Shown here: positions 1-9,159 of the stretch, piece after piece
Layout: the number at the start of each line of letters is the position of its first letter
Position numbering within the stretch: the stretch's first letter is position 1
Virus record (IMG/VR): IMGVR_UViG_3300005512_000143
Coordinates: 1-35,065 of that record
DNA: 35,065 nt
Source of the DNA: a virus
Lineage: Duplodnaviria > Caudoviricetes
Reading direction: 5' to 3' (one strand)
The notes under the pieces: generated by a model
Seen by the model: the letters and a program-made list of their open reading frames with translations, nothing else
The model's database searches: none
Told to the model about the DNA's origin: nothing
Translations under genes and position numbers: made by a program

Positions 1-2694
1 GAATAGGCTCGTTGCCACTTTTGAAAAAACTATCTTCTCTTTCAACCCGTCAACTTCCAGTCCATAATCAAGAAGGCTTTTTTTAGAATTATCAAATATA
101 CCAACTGAATTAAATAAATGGCGATTCCATGCATCCTGTCCAGCATTGGCAGAGGTAAGTCCTTTAACCATAGACCCTATTTCGGCGGTTACCTTTTCCC
201 CTGCTTCTACAAATTCCCCGGAAGAAGTGGTTAAAGCATTCTGGAGCAAATTCCCCATATTTTGGGCGGCATTTAATCCCTTTTGCTGTGAGGAAAGAAG
301 GACAATTGATTCACCTGTTTTTGTTATCGCTTCTTTGAGTTTTTTATAATCTGCTGTAGCTGTTTGAATCCCAGATGATGAAGATGATTTTTTACTACTA
401 TCACCGTTTACTTGGGTTGTTTTGCCTTTAGATCCTGGAAGATCATATCCTCCCTCGAATAGCGATCCTGAGAACATCCCAGCGAATTCTTGATCGTACC
501 AAACCTTGAAATCAAATAATAGTTTCTTAATTTTATTTAATCCCTTTTTGGCATTGTCATGCCATATACCGACAAATTTGGCAATATCTTTTCCGGTTAA
601 TACGAGTGCATCAACAAATGGAAAAATAATATTTATAGCTATCCAAGACAATACTTTAAAGGCTTTCTTTATAGCATTTATACCTACTATCAATGCCGGA
701 ACCAACCAATCTTGTATAAATTTCATTAAATCTTTCTTGAATATCTCTATCATTTTATCAATAATCGGGCTGACAAACATTAGTATTTTATGCCATCCCT
801 CTTTGAATCTCTTCCAGAAGTCCTCTAAATAAGGTTTCATCTCATCAAATGTTTGCTGAATTTCTTTCCAAAACTCATCCAATATCGGGAGAATGCTTTT
901 AATTGCTTCATCCCATACTTCTACTACAGCGTCCCATATTTTCCTGAATTTCTCCCGGAGAAGGTCAAAGAATGGGAGAATTATCTGATTGAAGAATTCA
1001 AGAAGTCCATTCCAAATATTCTTTATAGCACCAATAACTGAAGCGACAATATCACGGATCCCTAAAAAGTTATTTTCCCAAGCTAAATATAATGCCGCTA
1101 CTACTGCAATAACAGCCGCCACAATAGGAGTTAAGACAAGCAGAGCCTTCCCTATTATCAATAGAACAGGAGCCGCCGTCATTATACTTGCAACGAATAA
1201 CCCAAATGTTCCCACGGCAGTTAATACAATTCCAAGGAATAATGCTATAGCGGTCCCCGCCGCCGCTATTGCCACAGCAATTTTCACTATAACAGGATTA
1301 GCTTTCGCCCATTCCAACATGGCTAATCCTGCCTTTTCTATTGCCGCCATATATGGGACCAAGTAATTAGTAACTACCTTTCCGATAACCTTAAATGTTT
1401 CATTGGCAATCTGTCCCATTCTTTTTAGTGTTTCATTAAATCCTTTCTTCATTTCTATTTCTGCAAGAATTAAAGCATTTTTTGAATCCTTCAACGACTT
1501 TGTTAATTTGGGGATCTGGTCAATATTTGAATTGATAGCCTTCAAGAATCCCGCCATCGCAAACTGCCCGGCTACAGCCTTGACAGCATGGGCTTGTTCT
1601 TCTTGACTAAGTTTGTTTAGCGACACTTTGAAATCTTTTAAAATATCTGGGATTGGTCGTAACTTACCGGCTGAAATATGCGTTTGGATACCCCAGGCTT
1701 TCATTTGGTCAATGGCTTCCTCTGTCATTCCCTCTTTTTTCATTGATCTTCCGAGGTCAATAATCATATCTCGCATATTTCTGAGTTTTCCATTTGCCTT
1801 TTTTGTCTCAATCCCCCAGGCTGTCATCATTGAAATAAGTTCTGTTTTCTTTAATGTTTTGGCTTTTTTAATGAAATCTTTAATTATTTCACTGGTATCC
1901 CTCATCTTTTGACCACCGGAAAAGACCTTAACTCCCAACATAGCCATTGCTTCCATAGCTTCTTTTGTTGGAGCGGTCAATCTTGTGAGTACACGGCGGA
2001 ATGTTGTCCCTGCTTCTGCTCCTTTGATATTCTGATTGGCGAAATGTGTTAATATTGCTGTGGTCTCTTCAAGTGATAATCCCATTGCCCGTGCAAGAGG
2101 ACCTGCTTGTTTCATTGCCTCATAAAGTTGGGGAACCGTAGTAGCCCCTTCTCTTGAAGCCTTGAAAAATACATCCGCCATTTTCCCTGCATCTCTTAAT
2201 CTGAGTCCAAAAGTATTAAGAGTTCCCGCAGTCTGTTCAACTGCATCTGACAAGTCTAATCCTACAACCTTATTCAACCTGATAGCGGTTTCTGTAAGAG
2301 CTTCAAAATCTTTAGTCCCTGCTCTTGCTCCCGTCGAAAGTACTTGGTAGAATGCTTCATTTATAATTTTCCCAGCTACCCCGAAATTAACAGCTAATTG
2401 AGAAGCATAGCTATCAAGGTTCTTAAACATTTTATTGTAAGCTGCACCCTGTAACCCGGTCATTGTCATTGTTTTTCGCAGAGCTTCTTCTGAGTCTGCG
2501 GCGGCTTTCGTTACCAACGCAAATGCCGCCAACCCTGCGACGCCCATAGCGGCAAATTGTACGCCCAAGGATTGAACAGATGAAGAATGCGTCCTGATTG
2601 AATCTGCCATTTGCTTAGAGGAAGATCCAATCTTTTTGAATACTTTAGACGCTTGATCTATCAGTTTTATTATTATTGTCGCTGTGTTTGCCAT
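1..2694 (-). CDS. Tail tape measure protein (TP901-like), truncated at left window edge
   Basis: Absent from the ORF track because there is no stop in the window. ATG at 2694 gives MANTATIIIKLIDQASKVFKKIG..., with typical TMP core 'LARAMGLSLEETTAILTHFANQNIKGAEAGTTFRRVLTRL'. The frame is still open at base 1, and the gene follows the chaperone gene. Confidence 0.92.
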   Translation of the reverse strand, partial: MANTATIIIKLIDQASKVFKKIGSSSKQMADSIRTHSSSVQSLGVQFAAMGVAGLAAFALVTKAAADSEEALRKTMTMTGLQGAAYNKMFKNLDSYASQLAVNFGVAGKIINEAFYQVLSTGARAGTKDFEALTETAIRLNKVVGLDLSDAVEQTAGTLNTFGLRLRDAGKMADVFFKASREGATTVPQLYEAMKQAGPLARAMGLSLEETTAILTHFANQNIKGAEAGTTFRRVLTRLTAPTKEAMEAMAMLGVKVFSGGQKMRDTSEIIKDFIKKAKTLKKTELISMMTAWGIETKKANGKLRNMRDMIIDLGRSMKKEGMTEEAIDQMKAWGIQTHISAGKLRPIPDILKDFKVSLNKLSQEEQAHAVKAVAGQFAMAGFLKAINSNIDQIPKLTKSLKDSKNALILAEIEMKKGFNETLKRMGQIANETFKVIGKVVTNYLVPYMAAIEKAGLAMLEWAKANPVIVKIAVAIAAAGTAIALFLGIVLTAVGTFGLFVASIMTAAPVLLIIGKALLVLTPIVAAVIAVVAALYLAWENNFLGIRDIVASVIGAIKNIWNGLLEFFNQIILPFFDLLREKFRKIWDAVVEVWDEAIKSILPILDEFWKEIQQTFDEMKPYLEDFWKRFKEGWHKILMFVSPIIDKMIEIFKKDLMKFIQDWLVPALIVGINAIKKAFKVLSWIAINIIFPFVDALVLTGKDIAKFVGIWHDNAKKGLNKIKKLLFDFKVWYDQEFAGMFSGSLFEGGYDLPGSKGKTTQVNGDSSKKSSSSSGIQTATADYKKLKEAITKTGESIVLLSSQQKGLNAAQNMGNLLQNALTTSSGEFVEAGEKVTAEIGSMVKGLTSANAGQDAWNRHLFNSVGIFDNSKKSLLDYGLEVDGLKEKIVFSKVATSLF

Positions 2695-2696
2695 TT

Positions 2697-2876
2697 CTAT
2701 CCTTTGCTTTTTGCCTTTGCCCGTGCCGTTGCCAGCTTCTCTTCCTCGTCTATCAGGTAGAGGATTTCCATTATAAATAATCTTTGCAGAGGGGTTAGGC
2801 TTGCTTGCGAATCTGCGAGTTTATAACCCCTCTCATGTAATTGCCACATCTCATATCCGGATTTAGTCTTTACGAA
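2697..2876 (-). CDS. Frameshift extension (gpT-like) of the tail assembly chaperone
   Basis: The +1 frame starting at TTT CGT (2877-2872) reads FVKTKSGYEMWQLHERGYKLADSQASLTPLQRLFIMEILYLIDEEEKLATARAKAKSKG* and stops 2 nt before the TMP ATG. Confidence 0.65.
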   Translation of the reverse strand, partial: FVKTKSGYEMWQLHERGYKLADSQASLTPLQRLFIMEILYLIDEEEKLATARAKAKSKG

Positions 2877-3342
2877 AGTTGGTGATCTGTTCTTGCGCCT
2901 CTTTTCCTACTCCTGATATTACCCGGATTCTATCGGCTATCAATTTGGGGATCCCACAAGGGAATTCTCCAATTTCTTCCGCCGTAAAGATAGGTTGTGA
3001 GTCTTCAGAAACGATTCCATAAGCACAAATGATGTGATCTGCTTTGAACCCTGCCTGTGTTAATTTGGCAATCATATTACTGCCTTTAGCTTGCATAGCC
3101 AGTAACATCATAGACTGTCCGAGATCACCATCTCCTGTTGATAGTTTCGTTATCTCTGCTTCCGGGATTGTAGAGAGATCAATTCCTTCCAGGCTCATGC
3201 TTTCCACTTCCGCATTCTTCCATTCGGGAATCGGTCTTATTGTTACCGTCATCATTTCTTTATCCGGCAATTCAAAGGTAAATGGTTCCGTATATCTCAT
3301 TCCTTTGAGCAATCTTTCTTTTATGTTTATAACATTGTCCAT
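2863..3342 (-). CDS. Tail assembly chaperone (gpG-like)
   Basis: Lies between tail tube and tape measure genes; acidic, about 159 aa; likely ATG at 3342 with AGGAGG upstream. Confidence 0.75.
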   Translation of the reverse strand: MDNVINIKERLLKGMRYTEPFTFELPDKEMMTVTIRPIPEWKNAEVESMSLEGIDLSTIPEAEITKLSTGDGDLGQSMMLLAMQAKGSNMIAKLTQAGFKADHIICAYGIVSEDSQPIFTAEEIGEFPCGIPKLIADRIRVISGVGKEAQEQITNFRKD

Positions 3343-3437
3343 TGTTGATCTATCCCTCCTCAATTATTTTACATATTATGAATATCACTGCCAAGCAGGC
3401 TATCGGCAAAATCAAGTCCCAGAAAGTAAACATAATA

Positions 3438-5279
3438 TTATGTTAAAGTCTGGAGTGTCCAAGTATCGCCTGCATCCGTAGTTTTGAGAACCGTTTCAAA
3501 TGTTCCGACCGCCCATGCCACCGTGGCGGAAACCATTGTAACGGAATATAACATCTTGGTTGTGTCGGAATATGTATCTTGCACCCAGGTTACTCCGCCG
3601 TCTGTTGTGGTTGCCACTTCTCCATTAGCTCCCACGGCGATCCCTTCTGTCTTGTCGTAGAATGATACACCATACATATCCTCTGTAACATTGGAGGTCT
3701 GACTTGTAATTGTAGCCCCTCCATCTGCGGAGGTAATTATGGTTCCATCCTCACCGACACACCACAGGTATAGAGACACATCGAAAATCATAGCACATGA
3801 TCGAAGATGTTTTGTGACTCCAGAAGTCCGAGAAGTCCAGGTTGATCCTGCGTTGGCTGTGGTAAGAACAACTCCGTCTTCGCCACAACATACAGCACCA
3901 GTGCCATCTTTCAGAGCAATTCCGAAGAGTTTTGTTGTCACTCCGGAGGTTTGCGCCGCCCAAGTTGCACCGTCGGAAGTGTAAAGTATAACTCCACCAT
4001 CGCCGACTGCCCATCCTTCTGTAGTTGATGAGAACTTAACTCCGTTAAGTTGGGTTGTTATTCCAGAAGTCATAGAAGTCCAATTAACTCCGCCATTAAC
4101 TGTTTTAAGTATAACCCCTGAGTCTCCAACTGCATAACCCACGGTAGCACTGACAAAATGCACATCGTTGATTCTGGTTGATACTCCAGAAGTTTGTGAT
4201 GTAATTGCCGTCCCACCATTGGCGGAGGTATAAGCCTTCCCACCTGTACCGACAATCCAGAATGCTGAAGTTGAGAATGCGGAGGCACCCCAAATATGAA
4301 AATTATCGAAATATACTTCCTTCGCATTTGTTACCGCACCCTGGAGTGCATAACCTGCCGTACTGTCATATTTTGCATTGCCGGAAACTGCCTGAACAAC
4401 CCGGTCACGGAGACTAACCGGCTGAGAAGACCCAGTATAGAACAACGCAGGAAGTGTTAAGACAACACTATATGTCGTTGCCGTATCTGTGATAGTTGAC
4501 CCCGTCAAGGTGATTGTAACAAGAAAAGTGTCAACAGAAGTTGGAGTCGTACCGCCCCAGAAGTCCTCTATCAAGTCTGCACTGTCGAATGTGTGATCTG
4601 CTGTATATTCGATGTTTCGCATTGACGGTTCGATGAATCCCGGGAATCTGCTTCCAAGTTGGATTCCGTCATCGCCTGAAAGGTTGTTATTAATCGTCAA
4701 TGAGAAGTTTTCAATATTTGCGGATCCCGGTATTGTAATAACGCATTGAGCAAAGTTGAAATATGAAGTGCGGTCAACTGTGTAGGATGTTTCCAGGGTG
4801 TTTTCCTTGTCCTGTTGCCCCACGATCCCCGCTGTCATCTTCGCAAATTCGCCCTTGTTGCAGGAGATTTCCAATGTGTTAACTTTACATCCGAGGAAAC
4901 AATGCTCAAATAAATCCTTACCTACTCTTGTGGTGAAGGAATCCAAGGTATTGAGTGGTCGGAAAGTATGAGTGAATACATCATTTTCACATTCGACTTT
5001 CTCCAACTTATAGTACTGACCGAGTACCCAATTCAAAAACATCGGTAACATATTTGCGTCGAGGTTCCGAGTAATATCGCCTTCGACATAATATGGTCCC
5101 GGAGCTACCACCTGAATATCCCGGCTCGTGATCCCTTCATCCATCAATGCCTGCCCATCTCTGGGACCAAGTCCCACACTCTCCGCATCGAAATATTCGT
5201 GCAGATTGTCATCTGTTACCTCGGTTCCAAATGTCGTTTCCTCTGCCATTGATAGATACCTTCTTCTTGGTCCTGCCAT
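3438..5279 (-). CDS. Major tail tube protein with C-terminal Ycf48/BNR (Asp-box) beta-propeller
   Basis: The N-terminal ~325 aa resembles a siphophage tail tube (EETTFGT; FTHTF; FLGCKVNTLEI; IENFSLTINNNL). The C-terminal ~290 aa has 7 repeats with T/S-x-D/N-G-G-x-x-W-like boxes. Confidence 0.82.
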   Translation of the reverse strand: MAGPRRRYLSMAEETTFGTEVTDDNLHEYFDAESVGLGPRDGQALMDEGITSRDIQVVAPGPYYVEGDITRNLDANMLPMFLNWVLGQYYKLEKVECENDVFTHTFRPLNTLDSFTTRVGKDLFEHCFLGCKVNTLEISCNKGEFAKMTAGIVGQQDKENTLETSYTVDRTSYFNFAQCVITIPGSANIENFSLTINNNLSGDDGIQLGSRFPGFIEPSMRNIEYTADHTFDSADLIEDFWGGTTPTSVDTFLVTITLTGSTITDTATTYSVVLTLPALFYTGSSQPVSLRDRVVQAVSGNAKYDSTAGYALQGAVTNAKEVYFDNFHIWGASAFSTSAFWIVGTGGKAYTSANGGTAITSQTSGVSTRINDVHFVSATVGYAVGDSGVILKTVNGGVNWTSMTSGITTQLNGVKFSSTTEGWAVGDGGVILYTSDGATWAAQTSGVTTKLFGIALKDGTGAVCCGEDGVVLTTANAGSTWTSRTSGVTKHLRSCAMIFDVSLYLWCVGEDGTIITSADGGATITSQTSNVTEDMYGVSFYDKTEGIAVGANGEVATTTDGGVTWVQDTYSDTTKMLYSVTMVSATVAWAVGTFETVLKTTDAGDTWTLQTLT

Positions 5280-5400
5280 AATATAGCCTCCTATTAATTC
5301 TTATTCTTTTCTTCAACCCATCCACAATGAGGGCAAAAACATCGGTGTGTTTTATCGGATCTCCATAGTTTGTTATTGCAACGTGGGCAATACTTCTCAT
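5209..5400 (-). CDS. Hypothetical small basic protein
   Basis: ATGA overlap with the upstream ORF, but it overlaps the tail tube start by about 70 nt. Confidence 0.3.
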   Translation of the reverse strand: MRSIAHVAITNYGDPIKHTDVFALIVDGLKKRIRINRRLYYGRTKKKVSINGRGNDIWNRGNR

Positions 5401-5600
5401 CCTGTGGCATTATTGCACCCCATTACTTCATCTATTGAGATTTCTTCAGCGATATCAATGATAAGGCTTACCTCTTCAATATTGTAATCATCCTTGACAC
5501 AGTATAGTTCGATCAAGGGTTTCATTTTCTTTTTGAAAGCCAAGGACAGAGCTTCACCATTCTTATTTAGCCCACCCTGTTTTTTAAATAATGTCTTCAT
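5397..5600 (-). CDS. Hypothetical protein
   Basis: 67 aa ORF with GGAGGT RBS, collinear with its neighbours. Confidence 0.55.
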   Translation of the reverse strand: MKTLFKKQGGLNKNGEALSLAFKKKMKPLIELYCVKDDYNIEEVSLIIDIAEEISIDEVMGCNNATG

Positions 5601-5610
5601 ATTTGACCTC

Positions 5611-6072
5611 CTAAATCGGTAATTGCCGGTGATACTTACATCTTAAACTGCCCACATGCACATGAATAAACTGCTTGGGAGGAATTGGAATTGTCTGACC
5701 TCCACCAGGGTCATGGTTATAATATTCCAGGTCATCAACAGTTTCATTAAGCTCTCTATCGGCAAGCATTAGATCCTCAATATTCATTCCGAGTTCAATG
5801 CAGGTTCTCATAATTGTCGGTATGTCCATACCCTTGCAAATTGTCAATATGCTAAAATCTGCGACATAAAGTTTATCCGTAAAATTCATATTTTCAACAG
5901 CTATTGGATTCGGCAGGATAAAACACATCGGAGTATATATAATATTTTCAATAGTTTTTTCCCCAAATATAACCCTTGCCACCCCGTTTTCATCGGTGAA
6001 TTCCGAGATCCCCTCCGTAATGGTGGTAATTAATTGTTCAAATATTGATTCATATTTTGTATAAGATCCCAT
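5611..6072 (-). CDS. Putative tail terminator/tail completion protein
   Basis: Acidic 153 aa protein between the neck gene and the tail tube; assignment mainly from synteny. Confidence 0.55.
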   Translation of the reverse strand: MGSYTKYESIFEQLITTITEGISEFTDENGVARVIFGEKTIENIIYTPMCFILPNPIAVENMNFTDKLYVADFSILTICKGMDIPTIMRTCIELGMNIEDLMLADRELNETVDDLEYYNHDPGGGQTIPIPPKQFIHVHVGSLRCKYHRQLPI

Positions 6073-6680
6073 TAAATTAGACCTGTCTTTCTAAGAATTT
6101 GAGATAATATTATCGGGGCTTCCTTCTCCACATGCTCTGCTACCCGTGGAAGTAATGCTTTGCCGCCTTTGCCCGTGATCTTCTTGCCTCCGGGGTGTGT
6201 TGGGTTTGTCGGTCCCCTGGTAACAAATATATCTCCTGCCGGATAGAGTTTTGCAACGGGCTTTGAACCGCCCTTCTTTTGCCGGGGAAACATCAGGGCT
6301 TTCTTATTCCGTGGGTATATTGGTCCGGTTTTATATGGGTCTGTGTCGTCGATAATTGACGCCGCATATTTCAAATCAGATCCAAAAGTGATTGACAACC
6401 CCGCCTTATCATAATTGAAAATGCTTCCAGTTTTTCCCCTCTGTAATGATAATCTTAACCCTCCGCTTCTTACGGGACTGATACTATATTGACCTCGTCC
6501 CCTATATTTAGCTTTCCACCCGTGAGAAACCGGACATTCTTTTATCGCCATATTCTTACCGAGATTGTAAAGCTCAAATAAAACAATATCTATCGCCTTG
6601 CGTGCTTGTGCGGGCATGCGTGCGAAGACTGGCAAGAATTGACTTACATCAACTTTTACACCTATCCCGGTTTCAGGCAT
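6072..6680 (-). CDS. HK97 gp10-like neck/tail completion protein
   Basis: Basic protein with 'AIKECPV...SGGLRLSL...FGSDLKYAASI...GPIYPRNKKALMF...HPG' pattern; synteny. Confidence 0.65.
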   Translation of the reverse strand: MPETGIGVKVDVSQFLPVFARMPAQARKAIDIVLFELYNLGKNMAIKECPVSHGWKAKYRGRGQYSISPVRSGGLRLSLQRGKTGSIFNYDKAGLSITFGSDLKYAASIIDDTDPYKTGPIYPRNKKALMFPRQKKGGSKPVAKLYPAGDIFVTRGPTNPTHPGGKKITGKGGKALLPRVAEHVEKEAPIILSQILRKTGLI

Positions 6681-6691
6681 GGATCCTCCTC

Positions 6692-7102
6692 CTATTCATA
6701 ATCGGCATCAGGGTCAACCGCCCCAAACATAAAAATTCTTTTGGTCTGTAGAATCGCTTTAATTTTTCTGTTAAATATATCAGGCAGAATTACCTCAAGA
6801 GTAAGATCGTTAATGTTAATTATTGCCCCGGCGGCTGTCTGTTTGATATACAAGTATGTCGAAGATATAAATTGAGCCGTGGCAAATTTCATAATAGCCG
6901 CAAGCCCGGTATCTGCGAGTAAATCAGCGGCTGTTAAATCTGTCTTATTCATATATTCCAGGATAATCTCTTCAGCCATCTCATGAATAATAGCCTTGAA
7001 GAGAAGCCAATCAGAAGCACTTAACCCAAAGTCATCCTCGCTAAAAGCATGGGTAAAGAGTGCTACCTCTGCCGCTGTTGCTAATAGTGGGGTAAAAGCC
7101 AT
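6692..7102 (-). CDS. Putative head-tail adaptor/connector
   Basis: Helical 136 aa protein downstream of the capsid gene; synteny. Confidence 0.5.
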   Translation of the reverse strand: MAFTPLLATAAEVALFTHAFSEDDFGLSASDWLLFKAIIHEMAEEIILEYMNKTDLTAADLLADTGLAAIMKFATAQFISSTYLYIKQTAAGAIININDLTLEVILPDIFNRKIKAILQTKRIFMFGAVDPDADYE

Positions 7103-7506
7103 TATGCCTCCTCAATGATATTAATTATAGCGGCGTTATCCATACAAGCGGCGAAAATATCCATGCCATTAGCACCGACATTAAACACATGTTCATCAAA
7201 CGCTTCCACAATATAGCCGTGCTGGTATTGATCAACCATTGTGATAATAATTGGATAGGCACTGACATTCTTGATCGTAACCCTCTTCCGATTCGCCAAC
7301 GGAGAAGGAGGACAGGACTGCCCAAGGTGGGACATCTGACACATTCCGACACATCCGCCGCCACCGACAATTAATTCCGTACAAGCATAACTTGAAGAAC
7401 CGCCCTCAATATCTTCAACGGTATCAAGGAGATTGCCGATTGTTCCATCGGCACGGAGCATATTACCGTTGACAGGATATAATCTTTGTTCTTGCGGAGT
7501 TGCCAT
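7102..7506 (-). CDS. Hypothetical virion protein
   Basis: Coupled (TAATG overlaps) within the head-neck operon; beta-rich C-terminal half. Confidence 0.6.
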   Translation of the reverse strand: MATPQEQRLYPVNGNMLRADGTIGNLLDTVEDIEGGSSSYACTELIVGGGGCVGMCQMSHLGQSCPPSPLANRKRVTIKNVSAYPIIITMVDQYQHGYIVEAFDEHVFNVGANGMDIFAACMDNAAIINIIEEA

Positions 7507-7793
7507 TATTTACCACCCGCCTTTTTCTTGGGCTTCTTGATTGTCTTCTTGGTTGTCACCTTTTTGAATTCCGTCGGTTCGTCCTGGGGAGGAGTTTCTA
7601 TTGCCGGGAATGGTTGTGTTTCAATCACAGGTAATCCCGTCGAAACAATCCTTGCCACTCCTCTATTCTCATAATCAATAGCCGCCTCCATCGAGTTAAG
7701 AGGAAACTTTTCTCCGATTGGAACCATACAATTGGTTTCATTGCTTATTATCTTGTGTCCCACAAGGGCTTCCATAATTATTTTCATTTTCAT
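7506..7793 (-). CDS. Hypothetical protein with Lys-rich C-terminus
   Basis: AGGAGG RBS; first gene after the capsid gene. Confidence 0.6.
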   Translation of the reverse strand: MKMKIIMEALVGHKIISNETNCMVPIGEKFPLNSMEAAIDYENRGVARIVSTGLPVIETQPFPAIETPPQDEPTEFKKVTTKKTIKKPKKKAGGK

Positions 7794-7800
7794 CCTCCTA

Positions 7801-7838
7801 AAAAGAGAAAGGGATTGAGGGGGATTTTAACCCCCCTC
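7801..7838 (-). terminator. Probable intrinsic terminator after the major capsid gene
   Basis: Minus strand GAGGGGG-GTTAAAAT-CCCCCTC stem (7838-7817), followed after 6 nt by TTTCTCTTTT. Confidence 0.5.
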
Positions 7839-7857
7839 GCTACTATAGAAATGGAGT

Positions 7858-9159
7858 TTAGAAGCTGGTTTTGATTCCGATCAGTTTACAAAAATAAGCC
7901 GGTGTTCTTGCCAATATATCGTAACTGGCAATCATTGACACCGCAGTTTCATCGGTCTGTTGGCAGGAGTAGGTTGTTCCACTTACCACATAGGCTGATG
8001 TTGCGGAGGCTGTCAAGGACATCTCAAGCCAAGTTGCGATGACGAGTTCATCCCACTGTCCAGCGAGGATATATGAGCATACTGCACCTGATTCGCCCTG
8101 TTCAATGTCATTAGGTATCTGGTTTGTAACCCAATAAGGATATGACAGGAGAAGTGCCGGGTCTCCAACATTATTCGGGAGGGTAAGAATGTAATCATAT
8201 ACAGATGTTTTCTGTGCTCTGAGATCCCATTTTGTCCTTGAGTTCATCAGAAATCCTTGCATCTTGCCATTCGACATCTCAATATTTCTTATCATTGCCA
8301 TAAGATTGTCCAGTGCATCGGCATCGCTGAATGCCGCCCCATCGGTTCCCATTGAAACAGAACCAATATTTGAGGTATTCAAAATCCCGGTCATGTTGTC
8401 ACTGGATCCGTCACCTTCTATGAATTGTGATTCTGCTTTCAGTCCGATAGCCTTCAACAGGTCTTCGTTTACAATGTTCATTACGGAAGGATCTGAGCGT
8501 CTGACAAGCTCATTTGCGATAGGCACGAAGGCTCCGACCTTATGAGCTGTCATGGTACTCTGTCCGAATACTGGAGTGCTTACTGTGATCGCATCCCCGG
8601 ATCCTACCATATATGCGGTGGCTCCACTTGTCATTGACGGGATTCTTAGGGTTTCTGCGGCAGTGGACATTCTTCTTACGGGCATTTGAGAAAATACCAT
8701 CGCATCATAAGCGATCTTCACATAATCACTTGAGAATTCATCCGGTATCAAATAAGCTCCACCACTGGATCCTGTTTCGTCAAGGATTGCTTTTCTTTCG
8801 AATCCACCATCGGCACGAAACTGTTTTGTAAAAAGGTTTCGCTGTTCAAGTTCTGCACCTGTCCAGTTACCATGCGCCAATCCTCTCACTGCCAAGGGAA
8901 GACTGAAATCCTTTCTCTCCGGGGATCCTCCACCTTCACCGAACTTAGGCACACCGGATTTGACAACTTGCAGTTTCTGAAGTCGCTCTTCCATTGCGTC
9001 AACTGACTTTTCGATCTTAGCAATCTTCTCCTTAGTATCTGCTGAAGGAGTTAACTGCTCCTTGACCTCTTCAATTCTCTTATCGCAGGTATCACGGTAT
9101 TCCTTGACATCACGATGTATCTCTTCATGCAGTTTTTGCATCTCTTCAAGTATAGTCAT
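7858..9159 (-). CDS. Major capsid protein, HK97 family
   Basis: N-terminal coiled-coil delta domain; 'GGAYLIPDEFS', 'FIEGDGSSDNMTGIL', 'LLSYPYWVTNQIP'. Confidence 0.93.
   Translation of the reverse strand: MTILEEMQKLHEEIHRDVKEYRDTCDKRIEEVKEQLTPSADTKEKIAKIEKSVDAMEERLQKLQVVKSGVPKFGEGGGSPERKDFSLPLAVRGLAHGNWTGAELEQRNLFTKQFRADGGFERKAILDETGSSGGAYLIPDEFSSDYVKIAYDAMVFSQMPVRRMSTAAETLRIPSMTSGATAYMVGSGDAITVSTPVFGQSTMTAHKVGAFVPIANELVRRSDPSVMNIVNEDLLKAIGLKAESQFIEGDGSSDNMTGILNTSNIGSVSMGTDGAAFSDADALDNLMAMIRNIEMSNGKMQGFLMNSRTKWDLRAQKTSVYDYILTLPNNVGDPALLLSYPYWVTNQIPNDIEQGESGAVCSYILAGQWDELVIATWLEMSLTASATSAYVVSGTTYSCQQTDETAVSMIASYDILARTPAYFCKLIGIKTSF

Noticed and set aside
146-2350. Plus-strand ORFs in the ORF track (here and throughout the window)
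   Set aside because: Antisense shadows of well-supported minus-strand genes, with no recognisable motifs.
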